Both the position numbers and the translations under genes were made by a program. This document shows positions 30,251-39,056 of a DNA stretch of 64,000 bases, piece after piece. Positions within the stretch are counted from its first letter, which is position 1. Each line of letters opens with the position of its first letter. The notes under the pieces are model-generated. The model was not told the DNA's origin. It did not search any database and saw only the letters and a list, made by a program, of their open reading frames with translations. The stretch is from assembly GCA_963741955.1 (NCBI GenBank), contig CAVUKB010000005.1, forward strand, positions 928,001 through 992,000, written 5' to 3'. The DNA is from an uncultured Acidobacteriota bacterium (GTDB lineage: Bacteria > Acidobacteriota > Thermoanaerobaculia > Gp7-AA8).

Positions 30251-30581
30251 TTCGGAGCGTCTGAAACACCTCCTGGACGCACTTACGGAAGCTCGTGACC
30301 TCCTCGGCGACTCCACAGCGTCCGAAGTTGAGGAGGATCGAAAGCTCGGCCTCGCGCTCGTCAAGCTCATCGAGATCGCTGGCGAAGCCGCGAGCCGAGT
30401 ATCCGACGAGCAGAAACGACGGATGGCGTCGATTCCGTGGGAGAAACTGGTCGCGACGCGTAATCGGCTGATCCATGGATATTTCGACGTCGATGTCCGG
30501 ATCGTGGTCCAGACCATCCTGGAGGATTTCCCTCCGCTGATTCGCGCACTCGAGAAAGTGACGAGATCCAACGGCCTGTGA
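30237..30581 (+). CDS. HEPN (DUF86) RNase toxin (HepT-like)
   Basis: IEIAGEAA, IPW, RNRLIHGYF (Rx4HxY). Confidence 0.9.
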   Translation: MRPSDSERLKHLLDALTEARDLLGDSTASEVEEDRKLGLALVKLIEIAGEAASRVSDEQKRRMASIPWEKLVATRNRLIHGYFDVDVRIVVQTILEDFPPLIRALEKVTRSNGL

Positions 30582-30602
30582 AGTGCCGACAGGCTCCAGG
30601 CG

Positions 30603-32609
30603 TCACGCGCCGACCGCGGCCGCTTTCCGGAACATCCCGGGCGTGTACGCGGTGATGGTGCCGGTGAACGCAGACGCCGCAACGGTGAGTGGTGACGCGA
30701 GCCAGAGGCGGCCCGGACCCGACCTTCCCTTGTAGTTGCGATTGATCGCGCTTACGGTCACCTCGTCCGTCGTTTCCGACACTCCCGGACCGCAGCCGAT
30801 GCACGCGCCGCATCCCGGCTTCAGCACGATCGCTCCCGCCTTCTCGAACGTGTCGAGCAGTCCGTTCTCACGGCAGAAGTCCTCCACGTGCTTCGACCCG
30901 AACTGAATGTAGAACCGCACACCTTCCGCGACCCGCATCCCCGCGTCGACCGCTTCCTTCGCCACCTGGTGGTAGTAGAGGAAGTCGTCGACCTTGCCTG
31001 CCGTGCAGCTCCCCGCGTACGCGATGTCGATCTTCACGTCGCCGATCTCGCCCACCAGCGCTCCGTTGGTCGGATCCGACGGGATGCCGTGGTCGGGATC
31101 GCCGGGGTGGGCCACCATCGGCTCGATCTTCGAGAGATCGACCACGTGCACGCCGCCTGCGTATTCAGCGTCAGGATCGGGCCCGACGATTCGCGAGCGC
31201 AGCCGGTCGAGATCGGCCTCCGGCCGCAACGCGCCGATCCACTCGATGAGCGTTTCGTCGCCCTCCACGATCGCGCCTCGCGCCGAGCACTCCGTCGCCA
31301 TATTCGCGAGCGTCGCGCGCTCGTCCATCGAGAGATTCCGAAGACCTGACCCCGTGAACTCCATCACCCGGTTCAGGGTCTTCTGCGGCTTCGCGTACTC
31401 GAGGAGGATGTGGAGCATCACGTCCTTCGCCGTCACGTTCGCCGCGAGAGTGCCGGTCAGCTCGAACCGGATCGACTCCGGCACTTCGACCTGGGTGAAT
31501 CCGGAGTGGACGAGATTCGCATACTCCGTCGCGCCGACTCCCCACGCGAGGGCATTGTTCACGCCCCCCATGCAGGTGTGGCTGTCGGTGGCCTGAATGA
31601 AGTCGCCCGGATCGACGATCATCTCCCGCGCGATCTCGTGACAGATGCCCGGCGAGACCCCATCCCGCGCCGAAAAATCGCGGCACTCCGTGTGCGCCTG
31701 ATACTCGCGCTGCAGACGGCGGAGCTCCTCGATCTCCTCGAGGAACGGTCGCATCTTCGGCACCTCGTCCGCGTAGATGAGATGATCCTCGAAAACCGCG
31801 AATTTCTCCGGATTCACGATCCGGTAATCCGGCCCGTACTCGTTCCGGAGGAAGTAGTGAATCTGCGCGGTGGTGAATTCGTGGCTGTACCCGCCATCGA
31901 CGCTGACCAGCACCGCGTCCCCAGGCTTCACGAAACGGGCGCTTGCTTCATCGGCGGAGAGGAGATGGGAGGCGAGGACCTTCTCGGACATGGTCATCGG
32001 CCGGGGCGAGGTGTCGGGACGGGGAAGGTCGATCTCGCCGCGCTCGAGCGCCTTCGCGAACGGAAAGAGGCCTCCTTCGCGGATGATGAGCTGGCTGATC
32101 GGGTCGTGGCCGCGCATGAACTCCTCGAGCGCGATCCCCTCCCCTGCCTGGAGCCGGCGGAGCATGTCGTGATCGCCCATCAGGACGCCCTGGGCCACGT
32201 TGTTCGCCGCGTGAATCGGAGCGAACGACGCGGCGATCGCGATGTGGATTCCTGCCCACTTCTCCGCCTGGACCGCCTGCTCGCGTGAGCTTCCGACTCC
32301 TTTCCGGTATCCGGAGACGATTACTTCGAAGTTCCCGTTGATCAGTGCGTCGTGCTCGAAGAGCCGCTTCCCGTCAACGATCAGACCGGCGTACGCATCG
32401 CGCGCGAGATCCTCCGGACGATGGTTGAAGCAGACCCACGCCGGAGCCATCGCGTCGGTGTTCACGTCGTCGAGAAGCTCGTCGACCGTGACGTCGTTCA
32501 TCGACAGGTCCAGCTCGCCCGCAAGCTGCTTTCGGATGCGATCGGGATCTTTGGTGAGGAAGAGGACGCGTTTCCCGGGAGTGAGTCGGATGATCTCAGG
32601 CGGCTTCAT
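30603..32609 (-). CDS. aconitase-family dehydratase, LeuD-like swivel domain fused N-terminal to a LeuC-like Fe-S domain
   Basis: N-terminal DDVNTD and GSSREQA (small subunit); then MTMSEK, EDH, GICH, TDSHTCMGG, RATLANM, GSCT, CGACIG, NRNYKGR, LASP. Confidence 0.9.
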   Translation of the reverse strand: MKPPEIIRLTPGKRVLFLTKDPDRIRKQLAGELDLSMNDVTVDELLDDVNTDAMAPAWVCFNHRPEDLARDAYAGLIVDGKRLFEHDALINGNFEVIVSGYRKGVGSSREQAVQAEKWAGIHIAIAASFAPIHAANNVAQGVLMGDHDMLRRLQAGEGIALEEFMRGHDPISQLIIREGGLFPFAKALERGEIDLPRPDTSPRPMTMSEKVLASHLLSADEASARFVKPGDAVLVSVDGGYSHEFTTAQIHYFLRNEYGPDYRIVNPEKFAVFEDHLIYADEVPKMRPFLEEIEELRRLQREYQAHTECRDFSARDGVSPGICHEIAREMIVDPGDFIQATDSHTCMGGVNNALAWGVGATEYANLVHSGFTQVEVPESIRFELTGTLAANVTAKDVMLHILLEYAKPQKTLNRVMEFTGSGLRNLSMDERATLANMATECSARGAIVEGDETLIEWIGALRPEADLDRLRSRIVGPDPDAEYAGGVHVVDLSKIEPMVAHPGDPDHGIPSDPTNGALVGEIGDVKIDIAYAGSCTAGKVDDFLYYHQVAKEAVDAGMRVAEGVRFYIQFGSKHVEDFCRENGLLDTFEKAGAIVLKPGCGACIGCGPGVSETTDEVTVSAINRNYKGRSGPGRLWLASPLTVAASAFTGTITAYTPGMFRKAAAVGA

Positions 32610-32833
32610 CAACACCTCGGCGTGTGGATTCGACTGCGAGAGGGGGATTGTATCGCGGCGGGATCACGATTGGTAAAACGAGGATCGATGTCGGGGTGTT
32701 CCGCTGAAAGGCGAGCTTGGAACGCCGCAAATCTCGAGTTGAGCCCGAACAGGTGGGCTCCGACCGGCGATCCTGTCTGCGGGCGCTGACGAAGGGGCTA
32801 AGCCGCTTCGCTTCGCCTGGCGCGAGTGCCATC

Positions 32834-33784
32834 TTACTTCACGACGAAGGTGAGCGTGTCCATATCGCGGGCGACGCGGCCGGAGCTCGTTTTCCCCTGG
32901 ATCGAGATCTCGAGCTTCGTCGTTCCGGGCTTCAGCGGAATCGTCACAGTGTCGACGACGCCCGCCATCGGGCGGAACTGCGAAGTAATGTCGGTTCCGT
33001 CGAGCGTCGCGGAAAAGGTCGCCGGATCGGTCGTCCGGCCGTAGAGAAGCGTCACGTCGTACTTCGCGGTTCCGGCGGGCAAATGCACGCGGCTCTCCGT
33101 CGGAGCGACGTAGCGGAGGAAGGGGTTGACCTCGCGCGGGCTCTGTCCGCCACCGAGGAATAAGGTGCTCTCGTCAAGGTCGTAGGGAGCGAGGACTTTG
33201 GTGTGAAGGTCGAACTCCGACGGCGTACCGTAGTTGAACTCGACATCTGCGCCTTTGGGAAAGGAACGCAGGATCGGGATCCACCGGGTCGACGATACCA
33301 TCAGCGTGGCGTCTCGCCACGCGGGTGGTTGCTTGCTCTCCAGCCTGATCCCCTTGACACGCTCGCCGGGCCCGACTTTGTTCCCCGCGCCGAAGAAAGG
33401 GAACGCGACATATGAAACCGAGTTGACTCCGGCTTTGATATACGGTGCTGGAACCGTGATCCCAACAGGGATGGCCGTGTTCGGCTGGATCTGGCCGAGT
33501 GTAAGCTCGTCGCGCTCGATGTTGTTCCGGAGGTCCGGGTCGAGCTGTGGACGATCCGTCGTCCCGCTGATATCGATGTCGAAACCGTCGATGTCCGCCT
33601 GATTCGATTTCGCCGCGACGACGGCGTAGTCGTAGGGGTAAACGCCTCGTGCCACATCGTAGCTCACGGATGACTCGAGCGTGCTCCCGGTGATCGTGAG
33701 CGGCGGAAGCTGCACCTTCACCTGTGCAGCGGCGGCGGTGGCGACGAGGAGGATTGCTGCTGCGAGTGCGGCTTTTCTGGTCAT
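32834..33784 (-). CDS. secreted hypothetical protein, paralog B (candidate immunity/partner)
   Basis: Signal peptide MTRKAALAAAILLVATAAAA; 316 aa; GGAG RBS; C-terminal ~250 codons identical by eye to paralog A. Confidence 0.85.
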   Translation of the reverse strand: MTRKAALAAAILLVATAAAAQVKVQLPPLTITGSTLESSVSYDVARGVYPYDYAVVAAKSNQADIDGFDIDISGTTDRPQLDPDLRNNIERDELTLGQIQPNTAIPVGITVPAPYIKAGVNSVSYVAFPFFGAGNKVGPGERVKGIRLESKQPPAWRDATLMVSSTRWIPILRSFPKGADVEFNYGTPSEFDLHTKVLAPYDLDESTLFLGGGQSPREVNPFLRYVAPTESRVHLPAGTAKYDVTLLYGRTTDPATFSATLDGTDITSQFRPMAGVVDTVTIPLKPGTTKLEISIQGKTSSGRVARDMDTLTFVVK

Positions 33785-33792
33785 TTGATACT

Positions 33793-33824
33793 CCCGACGG
33801 CCGCCCGCGAGGGCGGCCGTCGGG
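33793..33824. promoter_or_regulatory. GC-rich hairpin between the paralogs, abutting the RBS of paralog B
   Basis: CCCGACGGCCGCCC-GCGA-GGGCGGCCGTCGGG perfect 14-bp stem. Confidence 0.55.
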
Positions 33825-33832
33825 TTCAATTC

Positions 33833-34783
33833 TCACTTTACGATGAACGTGAGCGTGTCCATATCGCGGGCGACGCGGCCGGAGCTCGTTTTCCCCTGGA
33901 TCGAGATCTCGAGCTTCGTCGTTCCGGGCTTCAGCGGAATCGTCACAGTGTCGACGACGCCCGCCATCGGGCGGAACTGCGAAGTAATGTCGGTTCCGTC
34001 GAGCGTCGCGGAAAAGGTCGCCGGATCGGTCGTCCGGCCGTAGAGAAGCGTCACGTCGTACTTCGCGGTTCCGGCGGGCAAATGCACGCGGCTCTCCGTC
34101 GGAGCGACGTAGCGGAGGAAGGGGTTGACCTCGCGCGGGCTCTGTCCGCCACCGAGGAATAAGGTGCTCTCGTCAAGGTCGTAGGGAGCGAGGACTTTGG
34201 TGTGAAGGTCGAACTCCGACGGCGTACCGTAGTTGAACTCGACATCTGCGCCTTTGGGAAAGGAACGCAGGATCGGGATCCACCGGGTCGACGATACCAT
34301 CAGCGTGGCGTCTCGCCACGCGGGTGGTTGCTTGCTCTCCAGCCTGATCCCCTTGACACGCTCGCCGGGCCCGACTTTGTTCCCCGCGCCGAAGAAAGGG
34401 AACGCGACATATGAAACCGAGTTGACTCCGGCTTTGATATACGGTGCTGGAACCGTGATCCCAACAGGGATGGCCGTGTTCGGCTGGATCTGGCCGAGTG
34501 TAAGCTCGTCGCGCTCGATGTTGTTCCGGAGGTCCGGGTCGAGCTGTGGACGATCCGTCGTCCCGCTGATATCGATGTCGAAACCGTCGATGTCCGCCTG
34601 GTTCGACTCCGCGGCCACGATGGCGTACTCGTAGATGTAGATGCCTCGTGCTGAATCGTAGCTCACCGAGGACTCGATCGTGCTCCCGGTGATCGAGAGC
34701 GGCGGAAGCTCTACTTGGACCTGCCCGGCGACGGCGGCGGCAATCAGCAGGGCTGCTGCGACGAGTGCGAGTCTTCTGATCAT
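33833..34783 (-). CDS. secreted hypothetical protein, paralog A (candidate immunity/partner)
   Basis: Signal peptide MIRRLALVAAALLIAAAVAG; ATG overlaps the upstream stop (ATGA); 316 aa. Confidence 0.85.
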   Translation of the reverse strand: MIRRLALVAAALLIAAAVAGQVQVELPPLSITGSTIESSVSYDSARGIYIYEYAIVAAESNQADIDGFDIDISGTTDRPQLDPDLRNNIERDELTLGQIQPNTAIPVGITVPAPYIKAGVNSVSYVAFPFFGAGNKVGPGERVKGIRLESKQPPAWRDATLMVSSTRWIPILRSFPKGADVEFNYGTPSEFDLHTKVLAPYDLDESTLFLGGGQSPREVNPFLRYVAPTESRVHLPAGTAKYDVTLLYGRTTDPATFSATLDGTDITSQFRPMAGVVDTVTIPLKPGTTKLEISIQGKTSSGRVARDMDTLTFIVK

Positions 34784-36558
34784 TTGATACTCCTCACGAT
34801 CGCGTCGATCTGCTTTTTCGGAAGACGGTAGTGAATGGTGGGCTCGATAATCTTCAGGCCCTTGAGCTTCGTCACCACGACTGTGTCGAGATCGGCCTCG
34901 TTGATCGTGTATGTGACCCCGTTCACGACCGCGGACGCGTTCACGTCGAAATCGATGCCGATCCGATGCGAAATGTGACTCTTGAGCTGCCAGTCTCCGG
35001 GGAACTCGAACGCGCCTCCCCAGGGAAGGCTCATGTCGTTGACCGGGAGCAGCGCGTTCGGATCGACGTCTCTTCGGTATCGCGCCGCGACTTCTTGGAT
35101 GAACGTGAGGAGGTCGGGATGGCCGTACTGGCTGAGGTCCTTGTGGTTGTCGCACTGTTGAGAAGTGCAGTTTACCACCGGCGTGTTCTCTGCCCCAACC
35201 GAGATGATGGCATTGCTGGGAAAGATGGTCCAGAGACTTACGAGGTTGGCGAAGCCGATGGTGAGGCGTACGGGTCCCGCATCGCGGGGCACGGCGACGG
35301 TCGAGCCCGGACTGAGATTGTCGGTGTGGGCTTTGATGTCGTACGCGCCCGCGAAGGTCCCGGCTGTGATCGGCGATGAGGTCCAGCGACCTGAGCTTCC
35401 CGTGGTTCCGGAGAAGGTTGACGGGGCATCGCTCACGGTTCCCTGTTGCGTCGCGATGTATGTGGTGGGTGGCGTCGTGTCATGCGAGTCGAGGTGGACG
35501 TGTCCGCCTGATCCGGAAACGTAGTCGATCGTGCCGGCGAAATGCACGCCCGCGTAGAAGTCCCCGCACTCCGAAGCGTCAACGACGATCCTGGCTTCGC
35601 CTGGATCGATCTGGTCCCGCGTGTCGCCCCCGACATTCGTGACCGTGGGGTCCTTCTTGCTGATCGACCGCTTGGGCACCGACGGATTAATTCGTGCTCG
35701 GTCCAGACTGACCCGAAAGGCGTGTTCTCCGGGCCGCAGTTCGGAGCTCCACTGATCGGATCCGTCATTCCACGCGATCAGCTTTCCGGGCTGATCGAGC
35801 ATCGCGTTCGTCGCCGCCACCGTGGCAGGCACCCACTCGTCTTCGCCGGAGGGGACCGGTTCGCTTCCGCTGTAGCGTGAGTATTGGTAGTAGATGCGGG
35901 TCTGATAGCCGGCGCCGAGGGGCAGATCGCAAGAGACCGCGACTCCACTCGTCCACCAATCCAGATAGTCCCAGCTGGTTCCGGAGACCTGGCACCCGTA
36001 GAAGTATGGTTCGAAGCAGGTGGTGCCATTCGAAAGCGTGGCCCACAAAACGCTCTGATCCCTGAGTAGCCTCTCGCCCCCGGCTGGGTCTACGTACATG
36101 TACCGAACCAGCCAGCGCTCGCGTTTTTTGGGAACCGTCACCTCGGTACCATTCGAGTTGACTTCCTTCAGACACTGTGTCGTATCCGGCGAAACCGGGA
36201 AACACCCTCCGCCTCTGAGTCCAACCATCTTCACGCCGAAGGCCGCGTAATCGCGAGGGATTCCGCCATTTTGCGCGACCAGGACCCCGCCGTCCGGGTA
36301 GTCGTCGTGGGTTGGGAAGGCGAGGAACTGCGTTGACTGGGGCTGCTCGAAGAGGGGCTTCAGTTCAGAGGCGACTCCGGGCTCGACAGGCGCGAACTGC
36401 GGCGATAACACGGTGACCGATATTCGTCGGACGAACGGCCGAGCGGTGGCGGCAGTGTCCGCCTCTCGGGGGTCCACTCGGCCGGGCGGCGTTCCACCAA
36501 GAACAGGCATGCAAACGAGCACGATCATCGTGATCAACGACTTCTTCAAGAGTGCCAT
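34780..36558 (-). CDS. secreted multidomain protein with a C-terminal MepA-like (LAS Zn) murein endopeptidase domain
   Basis: Signal peptide MALLKKSLITMIVLVCMPVLG; C-terminal YGHP.L...NDMSLPWGGAF...SHISHRIGIDFD...IHY resembles the MepA/M74 pattern D.S.P.GG...H.SH..G.D.D...H. Confidence 0.75.
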   Translation of the reverse strand: MALLKKSLITMIVLVCMPVLGGTPPGRVDPREADTAATARPFVRRISVTVLSPQFAPVEPGVASELKPLFEQPQSTQFLAFPTHDDYPDGGVLVAQNGGIPRDYAAFGVKMVGLRGGGCFPVSPDTTQCLKEVNSNGTEVTVPKKRERWLVRYMYVDPAGGERLLRDQSVLWATLSNGTTCFEPYFYGCQVSGTSWDYLDWWTSGVAVSCDLPLGAGYQTRIYYQYSRYSGSEPVPSGEDEWVPATVAATNAMLDQPGKLIAWNDGSDQWSSELRPGEHAFRVSLDRARINPSVPKRSISKKDPTVTNVGGDTRDQIDPGEARIVVDASECGDFYAGVHFAGTIDYVSGSGGHVHLDSHDTTPPTTYIATQQGTVSDAPSTFSGTTGSSGRWTSSPITAGTFAGAYDIKAHTDNLSPGSTVAVPRDAGPVRLTIGFANLVSLWTIFPSNAIISVGAENTPVVNCTSQQCDNHKDLSQYGHPDLLTFIQEVAARYRRDVDPNALLPVNDMSLPWGGAFEFPGDWQLKSHISHRIGIDFDVNASAVVNGVTYTINEADLDTVVVTKLKGLKIIEPTIHYRLPKKQIDAIVRSIK

Positions 36559-36727
36559 TCCTTTCTGTCCGGACCGGAAGCGCGATCGGATGCAGCGCAA
36601 AGGACTTCCCGTTCGCGGATCACGGTTGCGAGGAGAAAACGAGGGGAACCGGCGGGCAGTATATCCTACTAAAGGCGGAGGAGAACAAGGCGGGTACACA
36701 ACAAGGGTCAGAGCCTCACTTCTCACT

Positions 36728-36757
36728 ACGGCCGTGCTCCGTCTGGAGCACGGCCGT
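36728..36757. terminator. hairpin after the S46 peptidase gene
   Basis: ACGGCCGTGCTCC-GTCT-GGAGCACGGCCGT; weak U-tract. Confidence 0.5.
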
Positions 36758-36769
36758 GCGAGAACCGCA

Positions 36770-38947
36770 TTACTTCGCGAACTTCACCGGCAGACCCATC
36801 TCCCGGAGGAGATTGTCCGCGTGATCGACCGCATCCATGACCCAGAGCATGTACACCGCGTCGACGTGGATCGAGCGGGTGACTTCCGGAACCACGAGAT
36901 AGTCGGACGACATCGACTCGTAGTTGCCGTCGAAGAGGAGTCCGCAGAGCTCTCCCTTCGCATTGAGCGTCGGCGAGCCGGAGTTGCCGCCCGTCGTGTC
37001 GACCGTCGAAAGGAAGTTCACCGGAACCGTTCCGCCGACCTGCGGCTCCGCATATCCGTCGAACTTCTTCGCCGAGATCGCATCGAGGAGCGCCTTCGGA
37101 CTGTTGAACGGCTCCTCGCCGGTGTCCTTCTCGACGATTCCGATGACCGTGGTCTGCGGGGTGTAGTGGACCGCGTCGCGCGGCGAGTACCCTTCGACCC
37201 GTCCGAACGTGACGCGGAGCGTACCGTTCGCATCGGGATAGAGCCGGCCGCCGGCCATCTCCCGGAGCGCCGCCATGTACTGCGGGCGGAGGCGGGACAT
37301 GGCCCCCTCGATCCGGTCGTCACGCTGGCGAACCTGCTCCTGAAGCGGGAAGAGCGAGGCCGCGAACTCGATCATCGCGTCGTTGGCCGCCTTCAACTGG
37401 TCAGGAGTCTCGCCGAGCATCGCCATCCGGGCGTCGAGGTTCTCCATCTTCGTGTTGCCGTAGAGGGTGTCGAGGAACGCTTCGATCTGCGCGTTCGTAT
37501 CGCTCTTCCCGGTCGCCTTCAGCGCTGCGTCGACCGCAGGAATCCGCTGGTCCGCCGGAAGGGCGACCGCCTGCTCGAGCATGTACCGAAGGCTCGCGCG
37601 GTCGGTGGCCGGCTCGATCGACCTTTGAGTCCGTTCGATCCCCGCCTTCATCCGCGGGAGATCGCGCTGCTGATATCCGTCCTCGCGCTCGAGGTCCGGC
37701 TTCTTCTGCTCCACCGACCAGCGGTAGATCCGTTCGGCCTGAGAGAGCATCGGCGAAGCGCGGAACATCCACCCGAGGACTGCGTCGCGCTGTGCGGTCT
37801 GGTACTCCTCCGCATTGAGCTTCGCGATCTGGTCGAAGACGTTTCCGTACTTCTTCGCCAGCTCCGGGCGGCTCTTGACGAAATTCACCAGCTGGGCCTG
37901 AAGATCGCGACGCTTCTGAATCAGATTTCCCTTCTTCAGTCCTTCCAGCATTCCCTGATTGTTCTTGTACGAGTTCAGGAAACCTTTGACCCTCGAAGCA
38001 TTCCGGATCTCGGCGGTCTTGTTGGCCTTGCTCGACGTCTCCATGATGTCGATCAGGTCGTGCAGGTACTTGATCTGAGTCGGGTAGGTGAAGTTCTGTG
38101 CGTGCTCCACTTCATCCGCCGTTTTGTAGCGGTACGTCCGTCCGGGATATCCGGCCACGATCACCAGATCTCCCGGTTTCACACCGGCTTCCGACACTTT
38201 CAGGATGTGGGCGGGATGGTAGGGAACGTTGTCCTTCGAGTAGTCCGCCGGCTTTCCATCCTTTCCGACGTACGCACGGAGATAGGACCAGTCGCCGGTG
38301 TGGCGCGGCCACATCCAGTTGTCGATCTCGCCGCCGAACTCGCCGATGCCGCGTGCCGGTGCGTAGACCAGCCGGACGTCGCGGATCTCCATCTGCTTGA
38401 TCTGGAGGTACTGCAGCCCCTCGAAGAACGAGGCGACCCGGCAGCGCACGCCGCCTTCCGCTTCGCACTTCCTGACGAGCTCTTTCTCCCGGCGGTCGAT
38501 CAGCTTGTAGCGATCGATGTCGGAGAGCCTCGAGCTGATATTCCCCGTGACCTGATCGGTCACGTCTTCGATCGAGGTCGTGACGTACACGCGCGAGCCC
38601 GGTCCGGCCGGAACTTCCTCGTCCATCGTCTTCGCGAGGAAGCCGTTGGTGATGTAGTCGTGCTCGGGGGTGGAGTTGTACTGGAGGGCTCCGAAACCGC
38701 AGTGGTGATTGGTGACGATCAGTCCCTGCGGCGAGACGAACGAAGCGCTGCATCCGCCGAGCGACACGACCGCCCCCATCGGCTGTCCGGTCAGATCGGC
38801 AAACGCGTTCGGGTCCATCTGGAGGCCCATGTTTCTCAGCTGGTCTCCGAGCATCGGAACCTGTTGGGGCATCCACATCCCCTCGCCTGCGAACACCATG
38901 GTCGCGGACGTGAGGAGCACTGCGAGTGCGAGTATGAGTCTGCGCAT
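36770..38947 (-). CDS. S46 family dipeptidyl peptidase
   Basis: Signal peptide; EGMWMP, GGCSASFVS, TNHHC, DNWMWPRHTGD, YPDANGTLR, TGGNSGSP, FDGN. Confidence 0.96.
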   Translation of the reverse strand: MRRLILALAVLLTSATMVFAGEGMWMPQQVPMLGDQLRNMGLQMDPNAFADLTGQPMGAVVSLGGCSASFVSPQGLIVTNHHCGFGALQYNSTPEHDYITNGFLAKTMDEEVPAGPGSRVYVTTSIEDVTDQVTGNISSRLSDIDRYKLIDRREKELVRKCEAEGGVRCRVASFFEGLQYLQIKQMEIRDVRLVYAPARGIGEFGGEIDNWMWPRHTGDWSYLRAYVGKDGKPADYSKDNVPYHPAHILKVSEAGVKPGDLVIVAGYPGRTYRYKTADEVEHAQNFTYPTQIKYLHDLIDIMETSSKANKTAEIRNASRVKGFLNSYKNNQGMLEGLKKGNLIQKRRDLQAQLVNFVKSRPELAKKYGNVFDQIAKLNAEEYQTAQRDAVLGWMFRASPMLSQAERIYRWSVEQKKPDLEREDGYQQRDLPRMKAGIERTQRSIEPATDRASLRYMLEQAVALPADQRIPAVDAALKATGKSDTNAQIEAFLDTLYGNTKMENLDARMAMLGETPDQLKAANDAMIEFAASLFPLQEQVRQRDDRIEGAMSRLRPQYMAALREMAGGRLYPDANGTLRVTFGRVEGYSPRDAVHYTPQTTVIGIVEKDTGEEPFNSPKALLDAISAKKFDGYAEPQVGGTVPVNFLSTVDTTGGNSGSPTLNAKGELCGLLFDGNYESMSSDYLVVPEVTRSIHVDAVYMLWVMDAVDHADNLLREMGLPVKFAK

Positions 38948-39056
38948 AACTTCGATTCTCCTTTCGCTGATCAGGAGATGGCGGGGCTCCGTCGAGTTAG
39001 CCGCCTGAGCAGCCGCTGTTGCGGCCCGTCCGGCGGGGCTCGTCACTCCGGTGGGA

